A stretch of DNA of 64,000 nucleotides from Sedimentisphaerales bacterium (GCA_963663805.2 CAXXMR010000027.1:1-64000); one strand, 5' to 3'. Shown: positions 10,171 to 20,537, counted from the first letter of the stretch. Numbers and translations are program-made. Notes: generated by a model not told the origin, from the letters alone.

Positions 10171-10312
10171 AAACAAACAACCACCCGGTCGGGCCACGTT
10201 CCGCTAAAGCGGCTTTCGCTGTCCGTCCGGGTGGTTGTAGCGTTTACAGAAAAAACGGGCAACAACTTGTCTGGTTGCTACCCGTTCAGTTAATCACACC
10301 AACTCATATTTG

Positions 10313-13051
10313 CTATGAGGCTGTTTTACTTACAGAAGATAACTCGGATTTCCATTCCGTCAGGAGTTCATCGAGCCAGTCAAGGAGCATTTGCATAGAC
10401 TCTTTGTACTGTTCTTCGGAGATTTCTTCTTGGAAATCGGGGTTGGTTAGCCATTCATTCTCGATGATTTCGATTATATCTTCAACCATTACGACGGTTT
10501 CATATGTGGTGTATTCATGTTCTGGTTGATTCTTTCGCCATCTGGCTTGTCGGCCAGATTCTATTTGGGCATCGCTCAGGACCGTTGATTCTGGTACTGT
10601 GGCGGTTCTCATCATAGCGACAGCGGTAGAATCAGAATCGTACCAACAGGCTTGCCAGAGCCAATAGCCGAAAGTTTCAGCGTTAGTTGAATCAACAAAA
10701 ATCTGAAAATCATCAAGGTCAACATCGTAGTCACTGTCAAGATCGCAGCGCACATCCCAGTTAGCGGTAGGCTCATCATCAAGATTAGGGTCATTAGGGT
10801 CATGGTTAAGCCAGGCCCTTTCAAACAAGGCAAACTCTTTGAGGTTCACCACACCGTCAGCGTTATAATCTAGCGTACAGCTTATGCCGGAATCGCAGGA
10901 ATAATATTCATCGGCTCCCATGTCTACATAAGTACCGTTAATGCGGTCCTCATTGTCGATGTCGGTTTCGCCGGTTATTACGTTGGTGTTGTCGCCTTCA
11001 TCAATACAGGGAGAATCACCGGAAAGATGGAAGTTGCCGAGGGTTTCATCGGTATAGGCGAAGCAGGGATCGCAATAAATATTGCCGAGGCTGTTGGGGT
11101 CGGGGTCGCCGCAAGTCAGGGTTGCATGGTTGTAGCAACAGTTAGCGGGGACACAGCCGCCGCTATATTGCTGGGCAGCGGAATTATTATCCCACAAAAT
11201 ATTGTTGATAACATCAAGATTAGCTGTGGTTCCGTCAATACCCTTTCCGGCATTGTAAACAATAGTACAGTTGCGCAGTTCGGAACCACTTGAACAGGCA
11301 GTCAGATTTAAACCTGTAACACCGTTATGATGTATCCAGCAATTAGTAACCGAGATGATATCCGCAGAACCGTTAATGCCGCTGCCGTTATTATCACAAA
11401 TTATAGAATGATCGACGGTCAAATCACTGCCTGTGCTAAAGTTTATGCCGTTTCCTACATTGTCGGTTATGCGGCAATTGCTGACGGCTAGTTCGGTATT
11501 AGTGCCACAGGTTATCGCATGGCTAAGGGCGTTACTGATAATAAAGCCATCGACTACAACGCCAGTGCTGGAATTTTCCAGTTCGATAATATTTGAACAG
11601 GTATCATCGCCGTTGAGATAAGTTTTATAACGGGCGGGTTTGCGTTCGGAACGAGTGGTTTCTGTGCCGATAAAGCCGCCGTAGATTTCCACGTCGCCGG
11701 GGATGGTAAAATTGTCGGTTGATAGTGTCCCCGGTATATAAGTACCGGCGGCAACCCAGATTTCATCGCCACAGCCATTAGCGGCTCTTTCGAGGGCATC
11801 TTGCAAATCTATGTAAGCATTATCCCAACTCGTTCCAGTATCAAATCCCATAACAGCGTTAGGGTTGACATAAATAATATCACCGCCCCAACAACAAACA
11901 GGGCTTTCGATAGCATAACTCGCGAGTAAACCTTCGTTATTATATAGTGACGCTCGGTTGAGTAATAAGCCTGTAGGGGGCGCATAATTATTAACTTCAA
12001 CCCTGATGCTACGACTCCCGCTGTCGTTCGGATCAATTTCACCCAAATCCCAACTTATGGAATGGGTGAGTAAATCATAAACACCATCAGAAGTTGTTAT
12101 TTCTTCAATATAGGTGACACCCCAAGGCAAAAAGTCGATAAGTTCAATGTCGCCTGTGTCGCCTACTGCACCTGCATGACGACTCCAATTGATAGTGTAT
12201 ACTATTTCATCTTCGGGAGAAACACATTCATTGGGGTCGATATCGTCCGTTTTGTTTAAAGTCAAACCAAACGAGTTGTACCGTGCTACAGTTATAACGT
12301 CATCACCGTTATTCTCACCACCAAGTTCTAAAGGAACAAACTCTGACCCATTGGGGTCAATAGTGAATATATTATGGTAAGATTGGCCCCAATTGCATAA
12401 TTGGGAGGGCTCTATGTCACCAAAAATACCGCTGGCAAGCCCCTCGGCGGTATATCCCGTTACAACTTCAGTGCCTCCAAAAGAAGAAGACACGCCCCAT
12501 CCGGAGGGAACATAAGGAAAATTGCTCGAACAACCCAGTGTAATCATGCCAGTACCGACACCCTGTAAGACAAAATCAATAGTTTGTATGAATAGTTGTT
12601 TTGCAACAGTCGGGCCATTAACTGTATGGTAATCCATATCGTGACCACTTAAAACAACGGGACCGGTTATGCCAGCAGCTATATCCTGCGAGCTAATTCC
12701 AGACATAAAGCCATTATAGTTCCATCCTACTATGAAAATATCATGTGTGGCTAAGTCGTTTTGTGTAACGGAATTGCTTGCACTTCTGATATCTGTATTT
12801 GGGTCAAGAACAATGCCTAACTCCTCCATTGCATCTTGAATACTGTCTTCATCTCCGTTGGGTACATAAATGAGAAAATTGTAATTGTTTGGGTCGAAAG
12901 GTAAAAGACTTGCCGAGGAAGACATTGCAATTGGCTCTATTTCCGGAATAGTATTGCCAGATTCGCCACTAGCAGAATTAGAATTACAAACTGCCAATAA
13001 AAATACTATAAAAACAAAAAACATTGATTGACACTTAAATGAAATAGACAT
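10313..13051 (-). CDS. Large secreted protein: N-terminal domain, DUF11-like Ig domain, parallel beta-helix and dockerin-like C-terminal region
   Basis: Signal peptide; LNKTDD..IVYTI; GTSWDNAY..EIWVAAGTY; HLSGDSPCIDEG..VDMGADEY; DYNADGVVNLKEF. Confidence 0.75.
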   Translation of the reverse strand: MSISFKCQSMFFVFIVFLLAVCNSNSASGESGNTIPEIEPIAMSSSASLLPFDPNNYNFLIYVPNGDEDSIQDAMEELGIVLDPNTDIRSASNSVTQNDLATHDIFIVGWNYNGFMSGISSQDIAAGITGPVVLSGHDMDYHTVNGPTVAKQLFIQTIDFVLQGVGTGMITLGCSSNFPYVPSGWGVSSSFGGTEVVTGYTAEGLASGIFGDIEPSQLCNWGQSYHNIFTIDPNGSEFVPLELGGENNGDDVITVARYNSFGLTLNKTDDIDPNECVSPEDEIVYTINWSRHAGAVGDTGDIELIDFLPWGVTYIEEITTSDGVYDLLTHSISWDLGEIDPNDSGSRSIRVEVNNYAPPTGLLLNRASLYNNEGLLASYAIESPVCCWGGDIIYVNPNAVMGFDTGTSWDNAYIDLQDALERAANGCGDEIWVAAGTYIPGTLSTDNFTIPGDVEIYGGFIGTETTRSERKPARYKTYLNGDDTCSNIIELENSSTGVVVDGFIISNALSHAITCGTNTELAVSNCRITDNVGNGINFSTGSDLTVDHSIICDNNGSGINGSADIISVTNCWIHHNGVTGLNLTACSSGSELRNCTIVYNAGKGIDGTTANLDVINNILWDNNSAAQQYSGGCVPANCCYNHATLTCGDPDPNSLGNIYCDPCFAYTDETLGNFHLSGDSPCIDEGDNTNVITGETDIDNEDRINGTYVDMGADEYYSCDSGISCTLDYNADGVVNLKEFALFERAWLNHDPNDPNLDDEPTANWDVRCDLDSDYDVDLDDFQIFVDSTNAETFGYWLWQACWYDSDSTAVAMMRTATVPESTVLSDAQIESGRQARWRKNQPEHEYTTYETVVMVEDIIEIIENEWLTNPDFQEEISEEQYKESMQMLLDWLDELLTEWKSELSSVSKTAS

Positions 13052-13155
13052 AAGGCCTCCAGTTTAACCACAAGGAAAATAGCTATGCGTACCTTCCCCG
13101 TATTCGCACCAAAAAAGGAGCGAGTATGTTATAAAGTTAGTATCTAAAGCTACAA

Positions 13156-13764
13156 TTATTTGCGTTTTATGAAGAAAATACCTGATGCCAGCATTAAGAG
13201 AGATGTTAGTGGCTCGGGTACTAACACCGCCTGTGTAACCGTTCCTGTGATTACAAAAGCATCGTCAGGGCCATATATTCTTAATTGATTTGTCCCCCAA
13301 TCATCCAAAACGGGAGCACTGGTTGGGAGTTCATTTGAAGATAGGGCCGTGCGCGAACCATCAAGCAGAAACCATCTAATAGTATCAATGACCGTACCAT
13401 CTGAAAGAGGGGAGTTCGCGTAGCTGTAAACCCAATAATCATCATGGGTATTTCCGTTTGGCGGTGTGTACTCATCCAAAACGGAGACAACAAATTGTTC
13501 ATCGTGATTCAACATTGTTTCAAAACTGTACCCACTTAACAACAAAGACAGGCCATATGGAGAACTATGTATATAGTGTCCTTCGCCACTAACTGGCGTG
13601 GAAGTTTCGTAAGTATAATCCCCTGTAAAAGTACTACCCACTTGGATTGCACTTGGAAAACCACTACCGATAACAGATGTAATGTGGCCTGTGATTTCGA
13701 TTGTTACGGGTACCGCCTGAACCCAAACAGTAAGAAATAATACTAAAATTATTGCTTTTTTCAT
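13156..13764 (-). CDS. PEP-CTERM surface protein
   Basis: Signal peptide; C-terminal VPEP, hydrophobic stretch and KRK. Confidence 0.88.
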   Translation of the reverse strand: MKKAIILVLFLTVWVQAVPVTIEITGHITSVIGSGFPSAIQVGSTFTGDYTYETSTPVSGEGHYIHSSPYGLSLLLSGYSFETMLNHDEQFVVSVLDEYTPPNGNTHDDYWVYSYANSPLSDGTVIDTIRWFLLDGSRTALSSNELPTSAPVLDDWGTNQLRIYGPDDAFVITGTVTQAVLVPEPLTSLLMLASGIFFIKRK

Positions 13765-14107
13765 ATTCGCGTCTCCTTTCCGAAAAACCTGTTAATTTTA
13801 CAGGCCCCACCTTGGGGCCCCCGTTCATATCCTATTATACCAGTGTCCACTTGGATTTGACCTGAAAATTTCCTATTTTTTTATGGTGGCACATAAAATA
13901 GAGGAATTTCCAGCAAATTAATGTATTCACAATCTGATCGTGTCATACTGATCTCCATACTGTTAATTCACGAAAACCGAAAAAGTAAGCGAAAAAATTG
14001 GCATTTTTTTAAAAAAGTTGAAAATATTTCGTTTCTACGGTTTGCAATACATTATCTGTTCTTCATAACTGTGGGATATTTGGGGGTTTATGATAGCGCA
14101 TAAAAAA

Positions 14108-14750
14108 GGGAGCGCCACACTGCAATACGCTCAGGTTAGGCCCGGAAGCGGCCCGCTACGAACATACGCAAGCAGCGCTCCAGTGCCAGTTGGCAAAGGA
14201 GCACCGACCTTTGCGCATCTCGTAGCAATTAAACTTCCGGTTTAACCTGAGATACTTAATGGTAACAGTGATTTACCTATTCAATTGTCAAAGACGGCGT
14301 ATTTTCCCTAAATTAACGCTCCAAAAATTAATACTTTCCCAAATGTTACGACTCCCATAATTTATCAGATGTTTAATCCCACTGCAAGAGAAAAAACTTT
14401 TATTTCTGCCACAGCAGCCCCGACCAACTGCTGTGACAATAAGGCTTTAGCGTCTTTTGCGCGCAAAGAGGACGCCGTCGCAATTATGCCGCCTCTAGGC
14501 TCGCGAAAGCCCCGTAAGGCCATAAAAGCAAACGGCGCCCTTGTATTAAAATACACGGGCACCGAGCCTTCCAAGCCACCTTACGTATAAATTTCGCGAT
14601 TTAGAGACGGTGGAATGAAATCTCAGTGCATGACGATTTCTGGTATCAAGTTGTAATTATGCTCGTTTAAGCCAAATAAAATCTCCTGAAAGAAAAAACG
14701 TATATTGGCATTATGGCGACTCCGATTTTACGATTCAAGTGTTTTTTAAG
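14108..14750 (-). other. Structured non-coding region shared with element 2 (candidate attenuator, single-strand origin and/or packaging signal)
   Basis: Co-linear with 30159..30805 and carries several hairpins with compensatory changes. Confidence 0.65.
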
Positions 14751-15095
14751 GGAATTATATAAATTCTCATTTCAAGGCCGGAAGTCGCTTTTAGGGGTCG
14801 AAAAAATCTTCCTTTTGATCGGTTCCAGATTTGACTTTCGTGTATTTTTACCATAAGAAGATATTCATCAGAGGGAAGCAAGAATATGAAGTAATTCACC
14901 CAAGCTACAGAGAGGGACGGGAAATGTTTTGGTGAAACCGTAATCTATCCGGCTTGCTTCCCTCAGTAAATTATTTTTGGTAAAAATCCCCAAAAGTAAA
15001 ATCCTCCACCGCCCAAAAGAGTATTTTTTCTGGTGCAGTCCCGAACAATCTACAGCAAAACAAACAGAATGAGCGGGGAATCAGCAATCTGCCGG

Positions 15096-16049
15096 TCAAC
15101 CGCAGAGCAATTTGGAATCATCTTTGTGATATTCCTCGAAACTGGATTCGGGACCGGTCAAATATCGTCGTTCGTCATAGGTTTCTTCGAGAATTGCCCG
15201 AATCCAGTTGGGCACAAAATCAGGTTTTCTCTTATTTATCAAGTGAAGTGCGGCGGCGTCCGCCGCCGCCAACCCTGCATAGATAGTAAGGGAGTCACGG
15301 TCGATATCCAAATGAATCCAGCCCTTATCGCCACCCAATACCGGAACCTTGTATTTATGGCAGACGTTCAATATGAAGCCGATATGAGTCTTTAACGTGA
15401 AATAGGTAGGGTTTTCCACACCTTCCCGGCATAGGGTGGTATTGCGGTATTCTTCCAATCGAACAGCTATAGGAATATAACAGCCAGACTTACCCCACGG
15501 GTCAGGCGTTTTTTTCTCACGTTTAACCTTTTCGGTTTCTTCCTCCCAGAAGCCGGGACTGACAGCAATAATTTTGACCGTTTTGGGTTTTTCCGCCAGA
15601 ATCCACGCCGGGACTTTGCCATCTTTGGCAACATATTTGGTCATATACCCGGCCATGCGACCATCCCAGCGGTTTACCCATGCGTAACCATGCCCCCAAA
15701 GCTCCGCAAGGTCTGTTTGCGGGATAAAACCCGAATAATCAATAATCAAATGAAAATGTATCCAGCCGCCTTCCTGAAATTCCATTTTACGCATCCATTT
15801 ACCAGTTAAGGAGGTGTTCAGATAGCGGGATAGACGGCGAATAAATAAAGGTACGTGCTGTTGTTCCTTCATTTGATAATAAAGCTCACGGGGGTTTTCG
15901 TATTCATCACGCCGATATGTCAGGGTGATAAACAGGCCCCGACGCTCTTTCATGCGTTTCTCGATCTTTTGGCATAGAAGAAACGACAAGCAGGGGACGC
16001 TATTGGGGTCAAACCAGCTTTTCAAACCTGGGATTTTAATCGAAATCAT
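15096..16049 (-). CDS. Rolling-circle replication initiator (HUH endonuclease), element 1
   Basis: Motif I FITLTY, motif II WIHFHLII, motif III YMTKYVAK. Confidence 0.88.
   Translation of the reverse strand: MISIKIPGLKSWFDPNSVPCLSFLLCQKIEKRMKERRGLFITLTYRRDEYENPRELYYQMKEQQHVPLFIRRLSRYLNTSLTGKWMRKMEFQEGGWIHFHLIIDYSGFIPQTDLAELWGHGYAWVNRWDGRMAGYMTKYVAKDGKVPAWILAEKPKTVKIIAVSPGFWEEETEKVKREKKTPDPWGKSGCYIPIAVRLEEYRNTTLCREGVENPTYFTLKTHIGFILNVCHKYKVPVLGGDKGWIHLDIDRDSLTIYAGLAAADAAALHLINKRKPDFVPNWIRAILEETYDERRYLTGPESSFEEYHKDDSKLLCG
15216..15279 (-). other. Candidate double-strand origin inside rep 1
   Basis: GC hairpin GCGGCGG-ACG-CCGCCGC followed by CACTTGATAAATAAG; 64 bp identical to 36594..36657. 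Confidence 0.7.
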
Positions 16050-16550
16050 TTATCTTTAGTTTCATAATAATGCAAAATATTTTTGCTCAGGCTCCCCTAC
16101 GAATCCGGCAGCAGGCTGCCCGCCGTCCCTTTCTTTTTCGCCTTCCATTTGCTTGCGCAAAGGCGAAAAAGCGGAGCCGGCAGCAGCTATTTAATTTCGG
16201 GGAGCCTTTGTTATTTACTTTGATATCAAAACTCACAATAAGGAATCATAGCGCAATGATTTTCTTTGCAAGTCCGCTTGGTAAGTTCCGATATGCTGAC
16301 AAACAGTTTACTTTTTTTGTGATTGTTGAGTCAATAATATTGTTGGGATTTTTCAAAACTTTTTGCCGAAAAAAACTTTCTTTATATTTTGGTTAATCCA
16401 TACAAACGTTAATCCGCTTGGCTGTCCCTTAAAAAGTGTGCACCGTTGTGTGCACCATAAACTTGACAACATGGGACACATATGATAATATGACAGTGAT
16501 AATTAGCTTATAAAATCGTAAGTTAAGTATTACCAAGGCCTCTTAAAAAA

Positions 16551-16593
16551 GCTCATAACCCGGAGGTCGTTGGTTCGAATCCAGCCCCCGCTA
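16551..16593 (+). repeat. att junction between elements 1 and 2: duplicated 3' half of tRNA-fMet
   Basis: GCTCATAACCCGGAGGTCGTTGGTTCGAATCCAGCCCCCGCTA; identity to the tRNA starts at the anticodon loop. Confidence 0.93.
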
Positions 16594-16605
16594 ATCCTTG
16601 TGAAT

Positions 16606-16640
16606 AAGGAACTTACAGTAAAATGTAGGTTCCTTTTTTT
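16606..16640 (+). terminator. Intrinsic terminator at the left end of element 2
   Basis: AAGGAACTTACA-GTAAAA-TGTAGGTTCCTT plus T-run. Confidence 0.75.
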
Positions 16641-17645
16641 GTTGAAAAATGGCCATTTGGGTACACTTTTGGGTACAGTCATTTTGACAAGATTGGAACC
16701 GTAACTGGTAACACTCAACCCCGGAGATTAAAAAATGGCTTGTTTGTTCAAAAGAGGAAAGACCTATTATCTGTCGTATTTTGAAGGCGTAAAAAGAAAA
16801 AAAATCAGCCTGAAAACCGATGTTTACAACTTGGCTATCGAAAAGAAAAGGCAGCTTGAATCTGCTATGGCTAATGGCAACGATAGCCCACTGCCAACCA
16901 AAACGCCGCTTGCTGATATTCTTTCCCGCTACATCCAGAACATGAGGGCTAAGAAAACCGCCAAAAGCGCCCAAACAGACACTTACTACTTGAAGGTAAT
17001 ATTTGGGGATATTTGCCCTGAAATAATAAACAACCGTCGGAGAGCAACCCACGACAAGAAAAAGAAACCTTCAAAGAAAAAAACGTCCGATAATATTATT
17101 TCTGCAAGATATATCGAAGATGTTAGCACTGTTCAAATCGCTAATTTTATTAGTGATAAGGTCCGAAGCAAAGGCCTGGCCCCCAAAACCGCTAACAGAT
17201 ACAGGGAAATAATCTGCCGATTGTTCAACTGGGCCATGACCGAGGGGGGCGTTAGGATGCCCAACGATAAAAACCCGGCTTCCAAAGTGGAGAAATACCG
17301 GGAAAGGGCCTCTGAAATATCATTCCTTACCATGAACCAGATCGAGGAGCAGCTTGCCGCTTTACAGGATGCCCCACAATTGCAAATTATGGTTGCTGTG
17401 CTGATATATGCCGGGTTAAGACGGGAGGAGCTTCTATGGCTTACCAGAGAAGATATAGACTTGCGTAAAGGTATGATTAGCGTTAGAGCCAAGACTATCA
17501 ACGGCGAATACTGGGAACTGGTGATTAGTATTGAAAATGGAGCCAGATTTGCATCGAAATCTGAGCCACTTAGGTTAGTAAAATAACGCCGATTTCGGCG
17601 TTGTCAATAGGGATTCTGGTCCTTTTTCGTTGGATTGAGGCTTTC

Positions 17646-18410
17646 TTAGCCTTCTTTTTTCCGTTTTTTCTCTAAACTCTGGTTAAGTCGCCAGCTGTCG
17701 GTTATGATTTCGACCACGCTCACATGGTGGGTCAGTCGGTCCAGCAGAGCACCGGCTAATCTTTCATCATCGCCAAAGACCTGGGGCCAATCGGCGAATG
17801 GCAGATTCGTTGTTACGATCAGGCTGGTTTGTTCATAGCACTGGCTGAAAAAGCCGAACAGATGTTCCGCTCCGATACGGTCGAACGGGACATAGCCCAG
17901 TTCATCGATGATGATCAGGTCGCATTTTTTTATATAGCTCTCTAATTTCAACACCGCTCTTTCCTGTCGGGCTTCGAGATACGTATTAACCAGTTCAGCA
18001 GCGGTAAAAAACCGCACTTTATAACCTCGTCGGCAGGCTTCCCGGCCGAGGGCGATGGCCAGATGACTTTTACCCACGCCCGGCGGGCCGGTAAAGACGA
18101 TATTACTGCGGCGGTCGATAAAGCCGCACATCGAAAGGTCGATAATCTGTTTTTTATTTATCTGCGGCACGGCCATAAAATCAAAACTTTCAAGTTCCTT
18201 AGTCATGGGGAAGTTTGCCTGTTTCAATCTCCTGGCGATGGCCTGCGACTGTCGATGAAAGACTTCGATTTCGGCCAGTCTTTGCAGGTAACTTTCATAG
18301 GATTCGTTTGCCTGGGCGGATGCCCGGGCAATTGTCTGATACTCTTTTTGAATTGTCGGAAGCTTCAGGGTCTTGAGATAGCTTTTTAATAAAACCATTT
18401 GATCTTTCAT
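17646..18410 (-). CDS. istB: IS21 helper ATPase IstB
   Basis: Protein identical to 3857..4621. Confidence 0.95.
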   Translation of the reverse strand: MKDQMVLLKSYLKTLKLPTIQKEYQTIARASAQANESYESYLQRLAEIEVFHRQSQAIARRLKQANFPMTKELESFDFMAVPQINKKQIIDLSMCGFIDRRSNIVFTGPPGVGKSHLAIALGREACRRGYKVRFFTAAELVNTYLEARQERAVLKLESYIKKCDLIIIDELGYVPFDRIGAEHLFGFFSQCYEQTSLIVTTNLPFADWPQVFGDDERLAGALLDRLTHHVSVVEIITDSWRLNQSLEKKRKKEG

Positions 18411-19894
18411 GCTACCTCCCCGGCCAACTGGTTATAAACATCGAGATTGCGTTTGCCATCGCCTTGGTTTACCAGGACTTGATTGCCGGCAAGGTTCAAT
18501 TGTGAGCCGTTACGTAAAAAGCTTTCCACCGCTTCATCGCTGAACGCCCGGCACTTGACACAAACACCAACGGCATGTTCAACTTCTTTTTGCGGATGCC
18601 TGATAAAGAGCAGCAGGATGTTGATGTATTTACCGGTCCCTTCACTGCCGTATCGATATTCAAGCTCTGTTCGCATCAAGGTGAAATCTTCGCCCCAGGG
18701 CTGGCCCTTGAATGGCCGAGCATTATCCAGCGAACCGGGCTTACGCTCTAAAAGTTTGATATAATGCAGCGGATCCAGGATATACTGGTCTTTATCGTAA
18801 CATCTGGAATGCGAGGCAACCAGCTCATTTTTATAGAACAGGTCAACCCGGTCAACGAATACCTTGACCTGGCAAGATTGATAGGCATACTCCGTCGGCA
18901 CCGAATACCGGTTAGTATCAACCCGTACTGTAAGCTGTTTGTCCGCAAAGGTGGATATTCGACGACAGGCTTCAAACTTCTGCTCAGGCAGTTCGTATAA
19001 ATGTGTTTTCTCTTCCGCAAATAAATCGCCAATGGTTTTATTCGTATGAGGTGCAGGGCCCTGGCGATCCAGTTCTTTGATACACTGAGCAATCAGCATC
19101 TCATTCAGCTGAGCCATATCGGTAACTCTCGGAACCGGAGAGAAGAACTGCCTTTCACTTCGCTTGGCGAGATTCTCGACATCGCCTTTTTCATTACCTT
19201 TAGCGACATTGCAAAAACGAGTGTCAAACAAATACCAACTCTTAAGCTCTACGAATTTGCGGTTGAGCCGACGCTTGCCTTTTTTGAGAACCTTTAGAAC
19301 CGCAGTTTTTAAATTGTCGTAAGCAATGCGTTTGGGCACGCCGCCGAAATATTCAAACGCCCGGACATGGCCGTCAAGAAAACATTCGATCTTCATGCTC
19401 TCGTAAGCACAAACAAAAGGAGCCTTAGAACAGCACAGCTTCATGCAAAAAACGTAGACCTTCTTCTCCCTGCCGTTTTCTTTAATGTTAGCTTCATGCC
19501 AGTCAACCTGGGCTTCTTCGCCAAACTCAAACGCTAACGGCAGGTAAGCTTCTTTTTGGCGATTACTCGCTTCCTTGATATACCGCTGGACAGTGCTGTA
19601 ATGACCGGTGAAACCATACTCGTCACAAAGCCGCTGATACATTTTGGTCGCCTGCATCCGCTGCTTACGCCGAACCTTTTTGTCAGATTCCAGCCAGGTG
19701 TCAATAATGTGCGCGAAGGGATCCATGACAGCCTTGACCCGCGGCTGACTGAGCCGATAGCCCGGCGGAATCGGATTTTTCAGGGCCTTGGCCACCGTGT
19801 TACGCGAATGCCCCAGCTCCAGGGCAACCTCACGTTGCGATATCCCATCACGAACTTTACGTCTGATAATCTCATAATGCTCCACTGTAAGCAC
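18407..19894 (-). CDS. istA: IS21 transposase IstA
   Basis: Protein identical to 2373..3860. Confidence 0.95.
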   Translation of the reverse strand: MLTVEHYEIIRRKVRDGISQREVALELGHSRNTVAKALKNPIPPGYRLSQPRVKAVMDPFAHIIDTWLESDKKVRRKQRMQATKMYQRLCDEYGFTGHYSTVQRYIKEASNRQKEAYLPLAFEFGEEAQVDWHEANIKENGREKKVYVFCMKLCCSKAPFVCAYESMKIECFLDGHVRAFEYFGGVPKRIAYDNLKTAVLKVLKKGKRRLNRKFVELKSWYLFDTRFCNVAKGNEKGDVENLAKRSERQFFSPVPRVTDMAQLNEMLIAQCIKELDRQGPAPHTNKTIGDLFAEEKTHLYELPEQKFEACRRISTFADKQLTVRVDTNRYSVPTEYAYQSCQVKVFVDRVDLFYKNELVASHSRCYDKDQYILDPLHYIKLLERKPGSLDNARPFKGQPWGEDFTLMRTELEYRYGSEGTGKYINILLLFIRHPQKEVEHAVGVCVKCRAFSDEAVESFLRNGSQLNLAGNQVLVNQGDGKRNLDVYNQLAGEVA

Positions 19895-20537
19895 CTTTCT
19901 AAGCCTCCTGTGTCTAAAATGTTACGTATCTTAAACACATCTTATCGGCCTTTTACAGTGGCTCCTTTTTCGATGCTTTTTCAGAAGAGAAAACCCGCAA
20001 ATCTGGCTCCATTTTCAATGCTAATCACCACTGGGAACCAAAAACCAAAGTCAATAGAGCCGTGCCAATTAGCAAATCCCTGCGGTTTTATCTGAATCAA
20101 TATCAGCTTAGGCCGTCTATAGGGGGGTGGTATTTCCCCAGTCCCAAAGGTGTCCACTATGACCCGGATAATTTCAGCCGGGATTTAAGAAGTGTAAATA
20201 AAAATGCAAGATTAAAATGGAGTTCTCTGGACTACAGGCATACTTTTGGCAGCCAGTTAGCCATGAAAGGCGAAAGCCTGTATAAAATATCTAAGCTGAT
20301 GGGTAATTCCCCGGAGATATGCCGCAAACATTATGCCGCCATTATCCCGGAAAGCCTGATGGACTGCGTGGACTTCGGGCAGCCTTTACCGGTTGCAATC
20401 ACTATGTGAAATAGGTAAATAGGCCAAATGTCCGGGCCACGGTCCACTAAAGAAGCTTTCGCTGTCCGGCCATTTGGCCTTTGTAACTTAAAGTTATACC
20501 TCTTGTCATGTAATCATAGTCAGAGGTATGAAATGGC

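Larger units (their letters stand above)
17519..20030 (-). mobile_element. IS21-family element, copy 2 (2512 bp), inverted relative to copy 1
   Basis: Same IRs and proteins as copy 1; 8-bp target duplication CTGGGAAC at 17511..17518 and 20031..20038. Confidence 0.95.
16735..20409 (+). pseudogene. Tyrosine integrase 2, interrupted by IS21 (halves 16735..17518 and 20039..20409)
   Basis: Removing the IS and one copy of the CTGGGAAC duplication restores ..GEYWEPKTKVNRAVPISKSL..LDYRHTFGS..KHY. Confidence 0.92.

Noticed and set aside
10191..10200. GGGCCACGTT resembling part of a pistol ribozyme
   Set aside because: The upstream CGTGG pairing strand and pseudoknot partner are missing.
10275..10529. 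Plus-strand ORFs repeated at 24393..24737
   Set aside because: By-products of the duplicated cargo 3' end, antisense to the real gene; only the integrase-like start of the second is genuine.
16070..16396. Similar small plus-strand ORFs here and at 37759..37947; also 14369..14590
   Set aside because: Lengths and frames are not conserved between elements while base pairing is, which favours non-coding structure.
16551..16593. Apparent extra tRNA-Met genes here and at 39624..39665
   Set aside because: Only 3' halves; they lack the D-arm and the 5' acceptor strand, so they are att duplications.
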